DNA of 64,000 bases from Eukaryota sp. TZLM1-RC (GCA_040285825.1 JAUPSS010000003.1:2976001-3040000); one strand, 5' to 3'. Shown: positions 24,180 to 37,129, counted from the first letter of the stretch. A program made the numbers and translations. The notes: generated by a model not told the origin, from the letters alone.

Positions 24180-25600
24180 ATAATTGGTAATGAGCTTCAA
24201 TAAAATTCTGAATTAGAAATAGAGAATCATATCAAATTTTTTATTTTGAAAATTTGTTACTCCGGAAAATTACTCACTTATTGAGGTAGACAGCACCTTC
24301 TTTGTCTATCGATTTTTTGCCGATCATTGATTCAATTTAGTGCAACTTTCTTGCTTCCCTACTGGAAGTGAATCCTGATAATAATTCGAGTTCACTTGTC
24401 CTCTCCTTCACAATTTGGTGGTGTTGGCTTTACCAAATCTCCAATTCTTTGTCAAGCAGCTTTTGTTGGTGGTGGCCAGAATTTTATTTTTGAATTTCTT
24501 AATGGTTTCCCTGAAGATATTCATTTGCTTAATCCATCATTTTCCAAATATTTGTATGACCTTGACGTTGCTATTGATAAAATTGCACCAGTAATTTGGT
24601 GTCAGCGTTTTCCCGACTCTGTTCAAGAGAATCCTCCACGAAATTTAGTTAATTTAAGCTATTGTGTGAAGAAGCTTCAACAAAAGCTGACAGTAATAGT
24701 TGAAGGCTTGGATTATGATGTTCGTCTTGGCATGACCAAACAAAAAAATCTCGCTTTTGCAAATTTTTTACTGGATGTTTGTGAAAAATCTGCGTCTTGT
24801 TTAATTAATCAAGTTCCAAGAATTTATGGTTTGTTTCTAGATGACCCTTGCTTTTCATTATCTTCGCGTCTTCGATCTTTTATTTGGCCTGATAATCTTC
24901 CCCATGGTGCAATTTGCAAATGTAGAAAGACTATCACTCCAACTCATTTATTTAATTGTAATCGTTTTATTACTTTTAGATCAAAAGTGCATGATGCAGT
25001 CCGTGACCAGCTCTATTGTATGTTTAAGTCTTACAAGATCGAATCCTTTTTAGAACCTTTGCTTTCAAATTTGGCTGAAGAAGCTGACAAAAATTCTTTT
25101 GGTGATTGCCGCGGTGATGTGCTAGTGCCCGGACTTGATGGATCAATGATCATTATTGATGTCAGATCTACTGTTGCATCAAACAGCTCAAAATAAAAAT
25201 TGGCAGCATCTTATAATTCACCTTTACGTAGAGCTGAAGAAGCGAAACATATTAAGTATACTGAAAAAATCAATAATCTGAATTCCAACTCACATACTCA
25301 ATACCTTCTTTGTCCTTTTGCTTTTTCTTTATTGGGAACCTTGGGTAAAACTGCGTTATCTTTTATAGACAATTTTTCATCTATTGTCAAAAACAGAACT
25401 GGAAGAATATTTGACCGAACCTTTTGGCAAAATAGAATTGTATTTTCTATTTTTAAAAGAATGCATAGCCTTGTTTCTAGCTCGTTGTTATCACTAGGAA
25501 GATTTTATGAAGAAAATGCTCTAGGCAAATTTTCAATGGTAGATGTGGAGTATGAGGAAATTGATTTTTAGTTTTTAACAATTTCTTTTGAATAAAACAA
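24180..25600 (+). mobile_element. CRE-like non-LTR element, 5'-truncated
   Basis: GGVGF; CKC..HLFNC..HDAVRD; RGD...IIDV; YEEIDF*; AATAAA. Confidence 0.9.
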
Positions 25601-25619
25601 GTTTTTTTTTAAAAAAAGG

Positions 25620-28600
25620 ACTCGAACAGATTCAAAACTTATCTTTGAAGAAGCATATCAAATTTCATGTCGTTAGGTTATGTTTTGGTTCAAAAACCAA
25701 CCACTTAATTCGTTCCATTTCACCGAATTTGACCACTCATTTTGTCAAACAGTATTTGACTAAAAGAACTCAATTTTTGGGTTTAGTAGTGAACGTCAAT
25801 AATATTGATGATACTCTCCTTCATGCTTTTAGATCGCACAAGCAAGGTTGTATTGGTGTAACACATTCATCCATTTTATCAAATGTTACGTTTTGTTTTT
25901 ACGTTTTCAGGTGGAATCATGAATTTTCTGTATAAACTTGCTTTGAGGTTTCCACATCAATGGATTTATTTAATGTATAACTCTTCTTCAGTTGCAATGA
26001 AATTTTTACGTATCTTCCTGAAAAATTGTTCCAATGACTTCTGGAAATCATTATTTTCTGCAAAAGCTGACTTTACCTTAATTGAAAACAAAGATTTACC
26101 AAACATTTTAAGAACTGTTTTCAAACTACAGGAGCACATTATCAAATATTTAGAAGCACAATCACTGAACAACCAAATCAGCATGGCTAACAACTCCGGT
26201 TATTTTTTTTGAAATTATTTTTGTCTTCTTTGTGCAGTGTGAATTTTGCTCCAAAAAGTTCATTTTGTCTGATAACACAAGTTCCTCGCCGTGTTGGACT
26301 ATTGCTCTCAGATATTCAATTTTTGACAGTCATGCGAATTAGAGTTAATCTACCTCCTCCTCAATAGTTATCAAATATGGAATGTAAATGTGGTGATTAT
26401 GGTTCTTTTGATCTCATCATTTGCTGTTGTAAATTCACTCAAAAAGGATCAATTATCCACAATGCAGTTCGTGATTGTATTTGTGATTTGTTAAAATGTG
26501 CTCATCATCCAGTCCGTTTAGAACCTCTGTTTGATGAATTAAATTTCAGTTTGAACGAAAAACGAGGTGACAATCAATGTACACGGTATGATAGAACTGA
26601 ACTAATTCATATTATTTATTTTATTTTATTTTTTATTTTTTTTATTATTTTGTATTTATTCTAATTCGATTGTGCTACCGTATCTCCGTGGAAAAGAAGT
26701 TTGAATTCTGACATTCAACATTAACTCAAAGTAGCAGAGCTTTCCAAGAAATCAAGAAATGAAGCCCTTCTACAACATCTCAATGGAGCAAGCGGTAGAA
26801 ACATCTAATTTGTCCCGATTGCTATTTCAATTTATGGTACCATTGGAACTGAAGGACTCAATTTTTAAGATGATTTAGCAACACTTCTCAAAAAAAGTGG
26901 TCGTACCTTCGATCTTTTGACTTTTAAGAACAGAATAGTATTTTCGCTATTGAAAACCCTTTTTCGTTATATTAATTCAATTTTGAATAACATTACGGAG
27001 TTCTATAACAAACGAGTTGATATCAAGTGAATATCAATTGTGATATCAGGGTTAGTGATATCAATTGTCTTCGATCGTGTCAAAGACAAAGCCTCTACAT
27101 TTTTAAATCCTCAGCAATTTGGAATCAAAACAATTGATGGTGCTTCTGTTGCTGCTATTGCCTCTGATACCTTTTTTAATGCAGAGGAAAATAATTTTAT
27201 TTTTAATCTCGACTTTAAAAATGCTTTTAATTCTGTAAAGCGAGAAGCAATTTTTGAAGTTATTAAATCTGATTTTCCTGAGCTATCGAGTTTTTTCTAC
27301 CATTTTTATGGTAAAGAATCAGATTTAATTTTTAATTCATTTGCTCTTAAATCATCATCTGGTGTGAAGCAAGGTGACCCTTTAGGTCCATTATTGTTTT
27401 GTTTAGCTATTCACAAAACTTTAAATATCATTAAGCAAAAATACCCTTCTATAAAAATAGTTGCTTATATGGATGATATATCCTTGATTGGTTCATTTGA
27501 TTTACTAGAATTGGTTGCTCATGAAATTGCCGATTCATATGAAAATATTGGGCTTCATCTTAATGCCAGCAAATGCCTTCTGATTGGCTCTTCTGCTCAA
27601 GACCTCGTGATAAACGATTCTATTGTCCCTTTTACTAATTATAGTAGTGATGCTTTTAAGTTCCTTGGTTGTTGGTTAGGAAATGTGCCTCAAATTCAGA
27701 ATGAATTGCAAGTTATTTTGGAAAAAATGAAAATTGAACTTGATTCAATTTCTTCTTTAGATATAGAAAAGCATATTAAATTTTTTATGCTTAAAATTTG
27801 CTACACTGGGAGAATAACACACATTTTGAGATCTTGTGCTCCTTCCATAGCATTAGATTTTTGTCGTTCTTTTAATTCATTGAGAACAGAATTTTTTGCT
27901 GATTTATTGGATGTAGAACCAGGAATGTTGAAAAGCCATTTATTTTTCTTCAGCAAATTTGGGGGTATTGGATTTACTAAATCTTCAATTTTGTGTCAAT
28001 CAGCATTCTTGGGTGGTGGCAAAAATTTTATTTATGAATTTTCTCGTAGATTTCCTGATGATTCTCATCTGTTAGTCCCCAATTGTAGTCCCTATTTGTT
28101 TGAGTTATCTTGTGAACTTGAAAAATTACCGCCACAAATTTGGACCAAATGTTTTCCTCAATCAATTCAAGAAATTCCAAACCGATCTCTATTTAATTTA
28201 CAGTTTTGCTGTAAAAAGCTTCAACAAAAATTGTCAAAGATTTTTTGAAAGCTTGGATTTTGATGTTAGGCTTGGCTTGGCCAAGAAAAAGAATCCCGCT
28301 TTTGCAAATCTTTTACAAGATATGTGTGACAGTACTTCTTCTGCCTTAGTAACAACAATTCCACAAGTTTATGGTACTCTCTTATCCGATTCTGCTTGGA
28401 CTCTGAATATGAGATTTCGTTCCTTTATCTGGCCTGATAATTTACCTCATAATTTAATTTGTAAATGTTCTCGAGAAATTACAACTACTCATTTGTTAAA
28501 TTGTAAACATTTTATTACTTTTAGAAGCAAGGTTCATGATGCTGTAAGAGACCAGTTATATTGTATGTGTAAATCTCATAGAATTGAATCCTTCTTGGAA

Positions 28601-29250
28601 CCTCTGTTGTCAAATCTGTTTGATGCTGAAAATGATTTTCATAAGAATAATAGAGGTGATGTCATATTACCTGGATTAGATGGAAGCTTTATTTTATTGG
28701 ATGTAATGTCTGTTGATCCTTGTAATGCCTCAAATGAAAGGCTTGTTAATTCTGAAATTCATAATCCCCTTTCAAATGCTGAAAATTTTAAATTCAAAAA
28801 TACAATGAACCTTTGTCCAAATTGGCCAGTCTACAGCATGCAAAAATACAATTTGTATCCATTTGTATTTTCCCTTTTTGGTTCACTTGCACCAACTGCT
28901 TTTCGTTTTTTGGATGATTTTGAAATGATTGTAAAGAGAAGAACTGGCAGAAATTTCAACAGATTGTTTTGGCAAAATAGAATAGTGTTTTCTATTTTTA
29001 AGGGGATGTTGAAGATGGTTTCTGATGCTTTGCTTTCTCTTGGATCTCACTATGAGAGAGTTGCATCTAGTGTTTTTGTTTTGGGAGAGATGGATTTTTT
29101 GGATGTTGATTTATAGGTTTAGAATAAAATTAAATTTAAAAAAAAAATATCAAGTGAATAGCGAAAATCTCCCGTCATTCAATTGATGGGTTTTGAATAG
29201 GTAAAAGCTTTAGTTAAGGTTTTTGGTTGAGTTATAAAATGTGACTGTTG
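25620..29250 (+). mobile_element. CRE-like element (family of 12650-14290), split near its 3' end by the insertion at 27034-29146
   Basis: 25620-27033 joined to 29161-29250 is collinear with the uninterrupted inverted copy. Confidence 0.85.
27034..29146 (+). mobile_element. Young 5'-truncated CRE-like non-LTR retrotransposon (RT, CCHC, RLE) with poly(A) tail and 14-bp TSD
   Basis: LDFKNAFN, GVKQGDPLGP, AYMDD, FLG; HDAVRD; RGD..LDVMSVDP. TSD ATATCAAGTGAATA at 27020-27033 and 29147-29160. Only small indels, mostly in homopolymers. Confidence 0.95.
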
Positions 29251-29767
29251 CAGGAATAAACGTGTTTATTGTCAATGGTATCATTGGTCATCGAACTAAA
29301 AAATAAGAGGATGTGTCAGAAGGACACCTGACAATAATATTTTTTCCATCACTATCTAATGCTACCCAGAGCATCAGGGAACTTTTAGAATGACAGATTG
29401 GTAAAATGAGTATTTCAAATAAATTTCAATTGACATGGTGGCATGGTGCAAACAGGACACAAAGATTTTCCCAAACTGATGGTTCGGTGATAATATTCAA
29501 TGATTTTCATTTCAATAAATCTCCAGTTTTCAATAACAAGGGTGACAGAATAAAGAAAACATGATGTCACACCACCTTAATTGTCCATAATTTCAAACTT
29601 TGTCAAAGTACATTAGATAATTCCAACTCAATTTATGATTGGGTTACACCACTTGTCTCAAAGAAATTTCTACCTCATCATTAAAAATGTTTTTGTTGTG
29701 ATATAAATAAGGAATATTCGCTAATTTTATTATGGTCCAAGAGTCAAAAACTAATAATACTATAAAA

Positions 29768-32700
29768 TCAATATTCATAACGTGCAAGGGCGCGCAATTC
29801 ATTACCATAATCAGAAACTTCCTCGAATGCAGCGTCACTACTCTCACCAACACTTGACGCAACAACCTTGACAAACCCTATTGCCCTCCTTCGTACATCA
29901 TCAGTTCCACACCTAATCAATACTGTTGCAGCACCCACTGCAGCCCGAGCTATCCTTTTGATCATTTTTCCGTACATCAGACTACCAGCTGAACCTACGT
30001 GAGGCATTGGAAATGGGGGTATTGACGGAGATCTGGTGGGTGACCTTGTAGGTGTAGTTCGAAGCCTGAGATCTGAATCATGAACACTTCTCCTACGGCC
30101 GCCAAAGCCTCGTGAAAGTTGGAATAAGAGATTGACCATGCCAAATAAAATTCCAAAATTGAATATATTGTTCTGTCCCCTAGAATGTAACTGAGCAGAG
30201 GAAACAATTTGATTTGTTAAAGACTCCGTGCCTGGATCAATCAAATTTGATAAGTCAAGAAAAGTCCCACTGTAAACGTCACTAACCGAAATTTTTGACA
30301 AGAACGACATTGTGATATCCAAAACACCACTAACATAGAAATCAACAGAATTGAGTCCATCATCATCCAAAATTTCACCATTTTCTTTTCTTATTTTGGA
30401 TTTTCTATCATTTGGGGATAAGTACAGCAAGGAAACAGCCTTTGCTGAACAGGTTAAGATGGTCGTTAGAATTTTGAGTCTTATAGAACCAATATTTGAT
30501 ACAAGGGCCAAATTACGGTCAATAATAGAGAACAATTGGGTCAAAAAGGACATCAAAGTCAAACAAAGTCTGATTGAGTCAATTGAAAAAGAAGAGGATA
30601 AAAGAGCTCCATCGTTGATGATGTTTTCTTCATTTGATAAGAATACATCAATCAAAAAAGATTGTCTGGTGACATCAGCATTTTGAGCTAATGACGTGAT
30701 AGCTCTGAAAAATGAATATTTTGTGCTAATTGTGTCTAAAATTTGGTGACTCAAAGAAACAGTAAATGAAATTTTTGACAACAAAACATTTGTAACACCT
30801 TGATCCCTTGACAACACAAACAAGAGATCAAAAAGTTCAGCCTTTGAAAATTTCGAATCCTGTGACACGCTCAAAGTATTTGTCAATTCAGAAATAAAAA
30901 CATTAGATCCAATTAAATCTATTGGAAAACCAAAATTGATCAATGAACCACATAAACAGAAAATAAAGCAAATTTTGGAGTCTTTTAAAGAAACTTGCTT
31001 GGAAATCACTTTGGAGGCTAGCGTGTGAATGAAAAGGGAAACCGAATGATCTAATTTTGGAATGATTGATGACGAGAGGGTTAGTTTCGGATGGACGACA
31101 GTCAAAAACTGATAAAAACAAAGGATTGAATTGATACAATTCTTGGACAATACACAGTAATCTAAGTAACGGCTCAAAAAGTAAACGTGATCAATCAAAG
31201 TCGATTGATTATCATCAAGGAAATCAGCTACAGAGTCGTTCTCTCGAATTAAATCACCAGCAACTGACATTACTACGTTATAAATTACGAAAATGTTATC
31301 TAGAATTAAATTGAAAATAGTGGTAAAAATTTTAAAATTTGGTTGACAAGTCAGTGATTCGGAAAAGGTAAAAATTGCCAACATTGTATTTTGCAGAAAT
31401 AAGAGATAATACTGAAAATTTGACAAATCAAAAATTTTGGGTAGATTGGAGGTGGATTGGATAAGAGAGCTCCATATCAAATGAAGTTTTGCCACCGCAG
31501 CAATGCAATCTGAAAAAGCAACAAGTTTTGCATAAATTGAATTAAGCTGAATTAAAATTTCACTAAACTTTAAATAGCAAGAAGTTTCTTCAGAAAAGGT
31601 CAATACATTCAAGGGTCTTGAAGTCCCGTCCAGTACTGACGAACAGAGATCAATGTTGACGAGTTGAGTTGTTTCTGTCAAAATTTGAGACTGTGACGCG
31701 CTGTTCAGCATCAAGGCAAAAACTTGGTGATATTCGAACATTGGATAATTAGAAGTGATCTCTTCTCTGGACTCAGACTCAAAATTTGATAATGTTGAGT
31801 GCAATTCAGTGCATAATGAGGCGAAATCCAAATTTAATACCAAATTTTTAAATTCTTCAAGAACATATCTCAATTCGTCACTTAAATTCGAGTCTGAATT
31901 AAGTCCTGTTTGAACAAAATCACCTAAAAAGGCCAGACAACAGCTCAAAAATTTCAAATGACCAGTGGACAAGTCCAAATTTTGGAGCAATTTACATACA
32001 ACTTTGGTTACAAAAACAAAAACAGATTCCCCAAGAAAATTCGAGAATTTTTGACCAAGATCTTCAATCACAAATGAATTCAAAAGCAATTGCTTAATGG
32101 TAAAAAGCGAACTACAGAAAGGATCAGCCTCAAAATTTGGTGAATCTATGAAATTTTCACAGTCTTTGACAGTCTTGAGTAATTCAGTAACCAAATTTTC
32201 ACCAACTATTCCTGAAACCAAGCCCAATTGCGAAAGTTTGGAGGCTATTCCTGGTAACTTCAGGGAGAGGGAATGATGGCGTGATGCTGACGTGGATATT
32301 TGAGCTACTAATTTTGAGCTATTCGACTGGGAAAGTAATCCCATTACAGAGGGTCGAGAAGAGATCACCAGAGCAGATCGAGACAGTTGAGCGAAAAACT
32401 GACAAATGTCATCAAGGAAAAAGGGATCAGATGACAGATCAGCTGAAATATTCACCACTGTAGACTCCACTGTAGAGTCGAAGATGACTTGATATATATC
32501 CGGTAGATCACCCTTTTGGTCATCAGCAGTGTTCAACAATAAGATCAAAATTTTAATAGACTGCTGGACGATAGAGATCAAAAGAGATCGACAAAAAGCG
32601 TCAGGATGTGTTACTTTTTTGCTGACATCTATGAAATTATCAATCAAAAATCTAAGAAAAGACTCCATTGAACAGAAATTATATACTGATTGAAAGAAAA

Positions 32701-34963
32701 AATTGGAGGGGAGAAGAAGAAAATTTAAAAATTTAGACAACCACAAATGAAGTGATCTGTAATAAATATTCAAATTTTTAAAATCTTTAGGCTTGGATAA
32801 CGAACTGAAGTAGATAAATCCGTGTTGAAAGATGTTGACCAATTCAGACAGAATATTAATCCTCCGTTGAGAATTTTTTAAAAATGAAGAAAGGGTCAAG
32901 ACACACGTCATCAGACTCGAGAAACTTAAAGAAATTAAGGCAAAATCACCAGACTTTAATAGAAAATTGGTTCCATTTGGAATAGAAAAGAGTCGCTGCA
33001 GAAAATTTAAGGTCAAATCAGGGTCATAAATACAAAAATTAGAGCTCAATACAATCAAATTTGCGAAAATTTCAGAAGAATGACGCGACTGTGACAATTC
33101 AATTGATGGAACATTTAGGAGATTGAAAACAAATTCTTTAATTTCGTCCCTAATTAGTTTAAATTGAGACAATGACGTGAGCAGATGTAGTGATGACGTG
33201 GCAGCCGAGAAAGGGTCGAAATTGTAAGGAATTGAGTTGACTGGGAGAAGAATTACTGCCTGAATAAGAGAACGTATCAACAAAAGACCATCTGATTCCT
33301 CCAAATTTTGGACAAAATTTTCCATGTGATCTCTATTAATGTCGATCCAGGTAGTAACGTAGTTATCACTAGCAGGGTAAGAAGGCACAATTGGCAAACG
33401 CAATCCTGATTTCAACTGAATTCCATAATCATCCACGTCGTCGGTCAAAATGATCGCATCACCAACGACATCATTTTCAATCAATATTCGCGAATCATCG
33501 GTTCTAAAAACAAAGCAACATCCTGGAATCATAGCCAATAATTTCAAAACATTTCTACAACTTTCTTCAGAGGTCAAGAGAGAGTCAAGCAAAGTCAGTA
33601 GGCAGAAAGGGTCACCAGGGAATCTGAACAGAGCCAATACGAAATATCTGGCCAAGACGATGTAAAGAAGGGAAAAATTATTACTAACGTTATTAGCATA
33701 AACTTCCTTATACTGAGTTTGAAAAAATAAAAGTGCATCTGCTGGGTTTGATAGTTGATAAATCACTTTTGATTCGATAAGGTCAAAAAGATAGCTCAAA
33801 ATTGTCCCTGATACCTCGTCATCTGGTGAAATTTTCTGTACTTTTTGAAACAAATCAGAAATGTGAAGCAACCTTCGATCAACAATAAGGTCGCTAAATA
33901 ATTGCGCCATTGCCATTAATAAAAATTTGGTGATTGGAATTAAATGTGGAATTAACAATGATTTTGACAAGTAGAGCTCATCCAGAAATTTGGAAACCAG
34001 CACGACCCAATTGAAATTTTCACCAATTTTTGCTGCTTGATCCCTTATCGAACTGATAGGAAGTGCTAAAATCATGTAAAGAAAAACAAAACTTGGTGAA
34101 TTAAACTTGAATAATTCATTTAATTTGAACGTAATTTCATCCTTATAAGGAACTTCCATGACGGATTCATCATCAAGGTGCATTAAATTGGCAATATTAT
34201 TGTAACTTAAAACAAAAGAAAGAAATCCAAATAAAATTCGATTATTATCAATGATTAATAGTAGACTGGGATCAATACTTGATAGATTAGCAAAGGATTT
34301 TTCGAGCGAAACCACACAATCAATCAATTTAATCAAAGGCAACCGGTTTATAACTGTTTCCAAATCAATATCAGCGACTGAGATGATAATCCCAAGCATA
34401 TAGAACCTCTCGGTTTCTGTCTGACGAGAAGGGCTCACTGACACCTGAGTGACGAGTTCAATACTCTTCTCCAAAATTCCATTTACAAAACTACTGCCTA
34501 TTTCCACAACACTTTCCAAGGGATGACTTTGCTGGTGAACTATATTTATAATTAGTTGAACTGAAAGTAATAACCAGAGTCTCTCTTCTACGTAGATTGT
34601 GGAGAGATCGTCCATGGAAGGTGTAGTGGAAGAATTTATGGATTGAGAAATGGAGTAAATGAACAGACAGATTCTGTGGTCTAGATTAAGACGTGAGGAG
34701 CATGTATCGATGAGGGTGGAGACTTCAGGGGTGATGGTAATGTTACCAGCGGGCAAAGATCTGACAGTGGTGTGTGGAGTGGTATACTGACTAGAAGATG
34801 CACTGGAAGATGTGAAGTAAGATGTTAATTTAAGTAAGGGACACTGTGGTGACAATAGAAATTCATGTAGGTCTGTTTGAGAAATTGATGCATTTGGAGC
34901 AAGGGAAAGAGTGTCATACAGCTGCTTAAAGGAAAATGGAAGAAGTAGAGGATCATGCTGCAT
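29768..34963 (-). CDS. Large alpha-solenoid protein, probable Nup188/Nup205-family nucleoporin
   Basis: Uninterrupted ~1730-aa Leu/Ser-rich helical ORF. N-terminal YVEERLWLL resembles the Nup188/Nup192 'YxxERxxLL' motif. Family assignment is tentative. Confidence 0.6.
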   Translation of the reverse strand: MQHDPLLLPFSFKQLYDTLSLAPNASISQTDLHEFLLSPQCPLLKLTSYFTSSSASSSQYTTPHTTVRSLPAGNITITPEVSTLIDTCSSRLNLDHRICLFIYSISQSINSSTTPSMDDLSTIYVEERLWLLLSVQLIINIVHQQSHPLESVVEIGSSFVNGILEKSIELVTQVSVSPSRQTETERFYMLGIIISVADIDLETVINRLPLIKLIDCVVSLEKSFANLSSIDPSLLLIIDNNRILFGFLSFVLSYNNIANLMHLDDESVMEVPYKDEITFKLNELFKFNSPSFVFLYMILALPISSIRDQAAKIGENFNWVVLVSKFLDELYLSKSLLIPHLIPITKFLLMAMAQLFSDLIVDRRLLHISDLFQKVQKISPDDEVSGTILSYLFDLIESKVIYQLSNPADALLFFQTQYKEVYANNVSNNFSLLYIVLARYFVLALFRFPGDPFCLLTLLDSLLTSEESCRNVLKLLAMIPGCCFVFRTDDSRILIENDVVGDAIILTDDVDDYGIQLKSGLRLPIVPSYPASDNYVTTWIDINRDHMENFVQNLEESDGLLLIRSLIQAVILLPVNSIPYNFDPFSAATSSLHLLTSLSQFKLIRDEIKEFVFNLLNVPSIELSQSRHSSEIFANLIVLSSNFCIYDPDLTLNFLQRLFSIPNGTNFLLKSGDFALISLSFSSLMTCVLTLSSFLKNSQRRINILSELVNIFQHGFIYFSSLSKPKDFKNLNIYYRSLHLWLSKFLNFLLLPSNFFFQSVYNFCSMESFLRFLIDNFIDVSKKVTHPDAFCRSLLISIVQQSIKILILLLNTADDQKGDLPDIYQVIFDSTVESTVVNISADLSSDPFFLDDICQFFAQLSRSALVISSRPSVMGLLSQSNSSKLVAQISTSASRHHSLSLKLPGIASKLSQLGLVSGIVGENLVTELLKTVKDCENFIDSPNFEADPFCSSLFTIKQLLLNSFVIEDLGQKFSNFLGESVFVFVTKVVCKLLQNLDLSTGHLKFLSCCLAFLGDFVQTGLNSDSNLSDELRYVLEEFKNLVLNLDFASLCTELHSTLSNFESESREEITSNYPMFEYHQVFALMLNSASQSQILTETTQLVNIDLCSSVLDGTSRPLNVLTFSEETSCYLKFSEILIQLNSIYAKLVAFSDCIAAVAKLHLIWSSLIQSTSNLPKIFDLSNFQYYLLFLQNTMLAIFTFSESLTCQPNFKIFTTIFNLILDNIFVIYNVVMSVAGDLIRENDSVADFLDDNQSTLIDHVYFLSRYLDYCVLSKNCINSILCFYQFLTVVHPKLTLSSSIIPKLDHSVSLFIHTLASKVISKQVSLKDSKICFIFCLCGSLINFGFPIDLIGSNVFISELTNTLSVSQDSKFSKAELFDLLFVLSRDQGVTNVLLSKISFTVSLSHQILDTISTKYSFFRAITSLAQNADVTRQSFLIDVFLSNEENIINDGALLSSSFSIDSIRLCLTLMSFLTQLFSIIDRNLALVSNIGSIRLKILTTILTCSAKAVSLLYLSPNDRKSKIRKENGEILDDDGLNSVDFYVSGVLDITMSFLSKISVSDVYSGTFLDLSNLIDPGTESLTNQIVSSAQLHSRGQNNIFNFGILFGMVNLLFQLSRGFGGRRRSVHDSDLRLRTTPTRSPTRSPSIPPFPMPHVGSAGSLMYGKMIKRIARAAVGAATVLIRCGTDDVRRRAIGFVKVVASSVGESSDAAFEEVSDYGNELRALARYEY

Positions 34964-35166
34964 TAGCCAACAGCACAAAAAATGTCAAGAAAAGTCATAA
35001 TTATCAAAATAAAGATCTAAATGTCCAACTATCAAACTCCAGGTGAAATTAGTACGTTTAGGTTGTTGTTCTGCCGTTGTGTACTTGTACTTGACTATAT
35101 CATGATAAAAACAACATGTTCAATTTTGCCAAACACAAGGATTTGCCGAGTGTTTAAAAAGTTTAC

Positions 35167-35240
35167 CTCCCGCGGTGGGACTTGAACCCACAATCCTTCG
35201 ATTAAGAGTCGAATGCGTTAACCGATTGCGCCACGCGGGA
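35167..35240 (-). tRNA. tRNA-Lys(CTT)
   Basis: TCCCGCGTGGCGCAATCGGTTAACGCATTCGACTCTTAATCGAAGGATTGTGGGTTCAAGTCCCACCGCGGGAG. Confidence 0.92.
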
Positions 35241-35754
35241 TTAATGCCAATTGCTTTCAATAAGCCGTTGTTGACCTTCATCCACAATTGTAACTCTTGA
35301 AGAACACAAATTCCTTAAAATCAGGAGCTAGACACATAACAATTTAGGTAACCATGTTGGCTTACCTAATTTGAGAAACCTTCAAATAAAATTGTATTAA
35401 TTTCACATAATTGTTTCTTTTGAACAAAATGTTTGACATGAATAAAATTTTGTGTTCTTTATCTTCTTCTTTACTTTTCCTCAAAGACCACGGTTTTGGA
35501 CACACGCTTTTCGAAAATCAAATTCTTGTGCTAAAACTATGAACAGAGTATTTGGTTTTGTGAAGATGAAGTGGCTACAAAACAATCAATGGAACCCACA
35601 TTAAAATACAAAAAAACGTTGTTTCTATCTAAAACAATTGGGTTTTTTACAAAAATCGTGTTGTTGATTTGTTATTGTGACCTACTTGAGGAAGAAGAAT
35701 GAAGCAGCTGAACATTCAAAACAATGTTCGAGAAAACTATATGTATATGAAAAC

Positions 35755-36990
35755 TATTATATGGATGACATTTCAAAAATTGGTCCGATTGATTCATTAA
35801 AAAAATGCATAAGTTGTTCAACAGTGCTATTATGAGATTGGCCTTTCATTAAACATTTCCAAATGTTGATTAATTAGCAGAGACCATGCTGAACTCATTA
35901 TTGATTGTCTCATTGGTCCTTTCATCAAAAATTTTGAATTAGGATTTCGATTTTTAGGTTGTTATCTAGAAAATTTTGATGAAATTCGAAATCAACTTTC
36001 CTTTCTTATGGAAAATTTTGGAGAGGAACTCATTGTTCTTTCACATTCAGATATTGAAAAACATATTACATTATTCTCTCTCAGAATTTGTTATTCAGGA
36101 AAATTTAACCATATCCTATATCCTATATCATATATATATATATACATATATATATACCATATCGATCAACCTCACTATCTAAGTCTCTCGAGTTTGGCAG
36201 AGTGCTAATGAATTAAGAACAAATTTTTGGCTAATTTGCTTGACATTGATTCTTCTTTTTTACGCAGTCATATTTTTTTAGCACAGAATTGGGAGACCTA
36301 GATGTTCACAAATCTAAATATTTGTGTAAAGCTGCCAAATTTAATATTACATATCGCTCAGTTGTTCTCGATGCTGTGAGAAACCAACTATACGCTATGT
36401 GCAAAAGTCATCACATTGAAGCTTTTGTTGAACCACTTGTGCGTCGGTTGTCCCCTGATAATGAAAATACTTTTGGGAAACGCCGCGCTGATTTAATTAC
36501 ACCAGGGTCTGATGGTGTGATCACAGTTGTTGATGTTGTCATTGTTGATGTTTGTAAAGATTCAGCAATTGAATGTGCCACTAAGGATGAAACTCCGCTC
36601 TGCTTTGCTGAAAAGAGCAAAATCAAAAAGTACAATAAGCCCTTGCCTCAGCTGGGACGTGTTGAGCATGTCAAGTATCAGCTGGTTCCATTTGCTGTTT
36701 CTCTTTTTGGTAACATTGGAATATCTGGAATTAAATTTTTCAAAAGTTTCAGAAGTTTAATAAAAGAAAGAGCGGAAAAAGAATTGAACTTCATTTTCTG
36801 GCACAACAGAATTGTTTTCAGTATTCTTAGAGGAATACCCGAAATGATTACCAAAGCACTGCTACAATTAGGAATAGAGTATGAGAATCGCGCATTGAAG
36901 AGGTCTCATGATGTTGATGCATGTATTGAGGATATTGAGTTCTAGTTTTTTGTTTAGTTGTTTTGTTTATGTTTCAAAATAAACAAAAAA
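35755..36990 (+). mobile_element. CRE-like non-LTR element, internally deleted, family 'KRRADLITPG'
   Basis: YMDDIS at ~35758; RRAD...VVDV; CIEDIEF*. Contains a (TA)n expansion at ~36120-36160. Confidence 0.88.
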
Positions 36991-37129
36991 TTAACCAAAA
37001 ACAACTTTTATGAAAGTAATTAATGAAAGAAAAAATTTAAAACAATTGTCAAAAAAAATGTTCGAGTTTGAAATAAGTTTTTTTTAATTCTTTTTAATAA
37101 CTTTTGATTTATCTAATAGGGAATATGAA

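Noticed and set aside
27046-27056. Telomere-like AGGGTTAG at the 5' junction of the nested element
   Set aside because: It is only 8 nt and lies within ordinary RT-proximal coding sequence.
28236-28250. Programmed frameshift between the RT and RLE ORFs
   Set aside because: The related copy at 24396-25196 reads through this position in one frame. An extra T in a homopolymer (mutation or assembly error) suffices.
29768-34963. Alternative genetic code (stop reassignment) to explain the many broken ORFs
   Set aside because: Host genes up to ~1730 codons are open in the standard code and end in TAA, TAG or TGA. In-frame stops are confined to TE relics, which also carry frameshifts.
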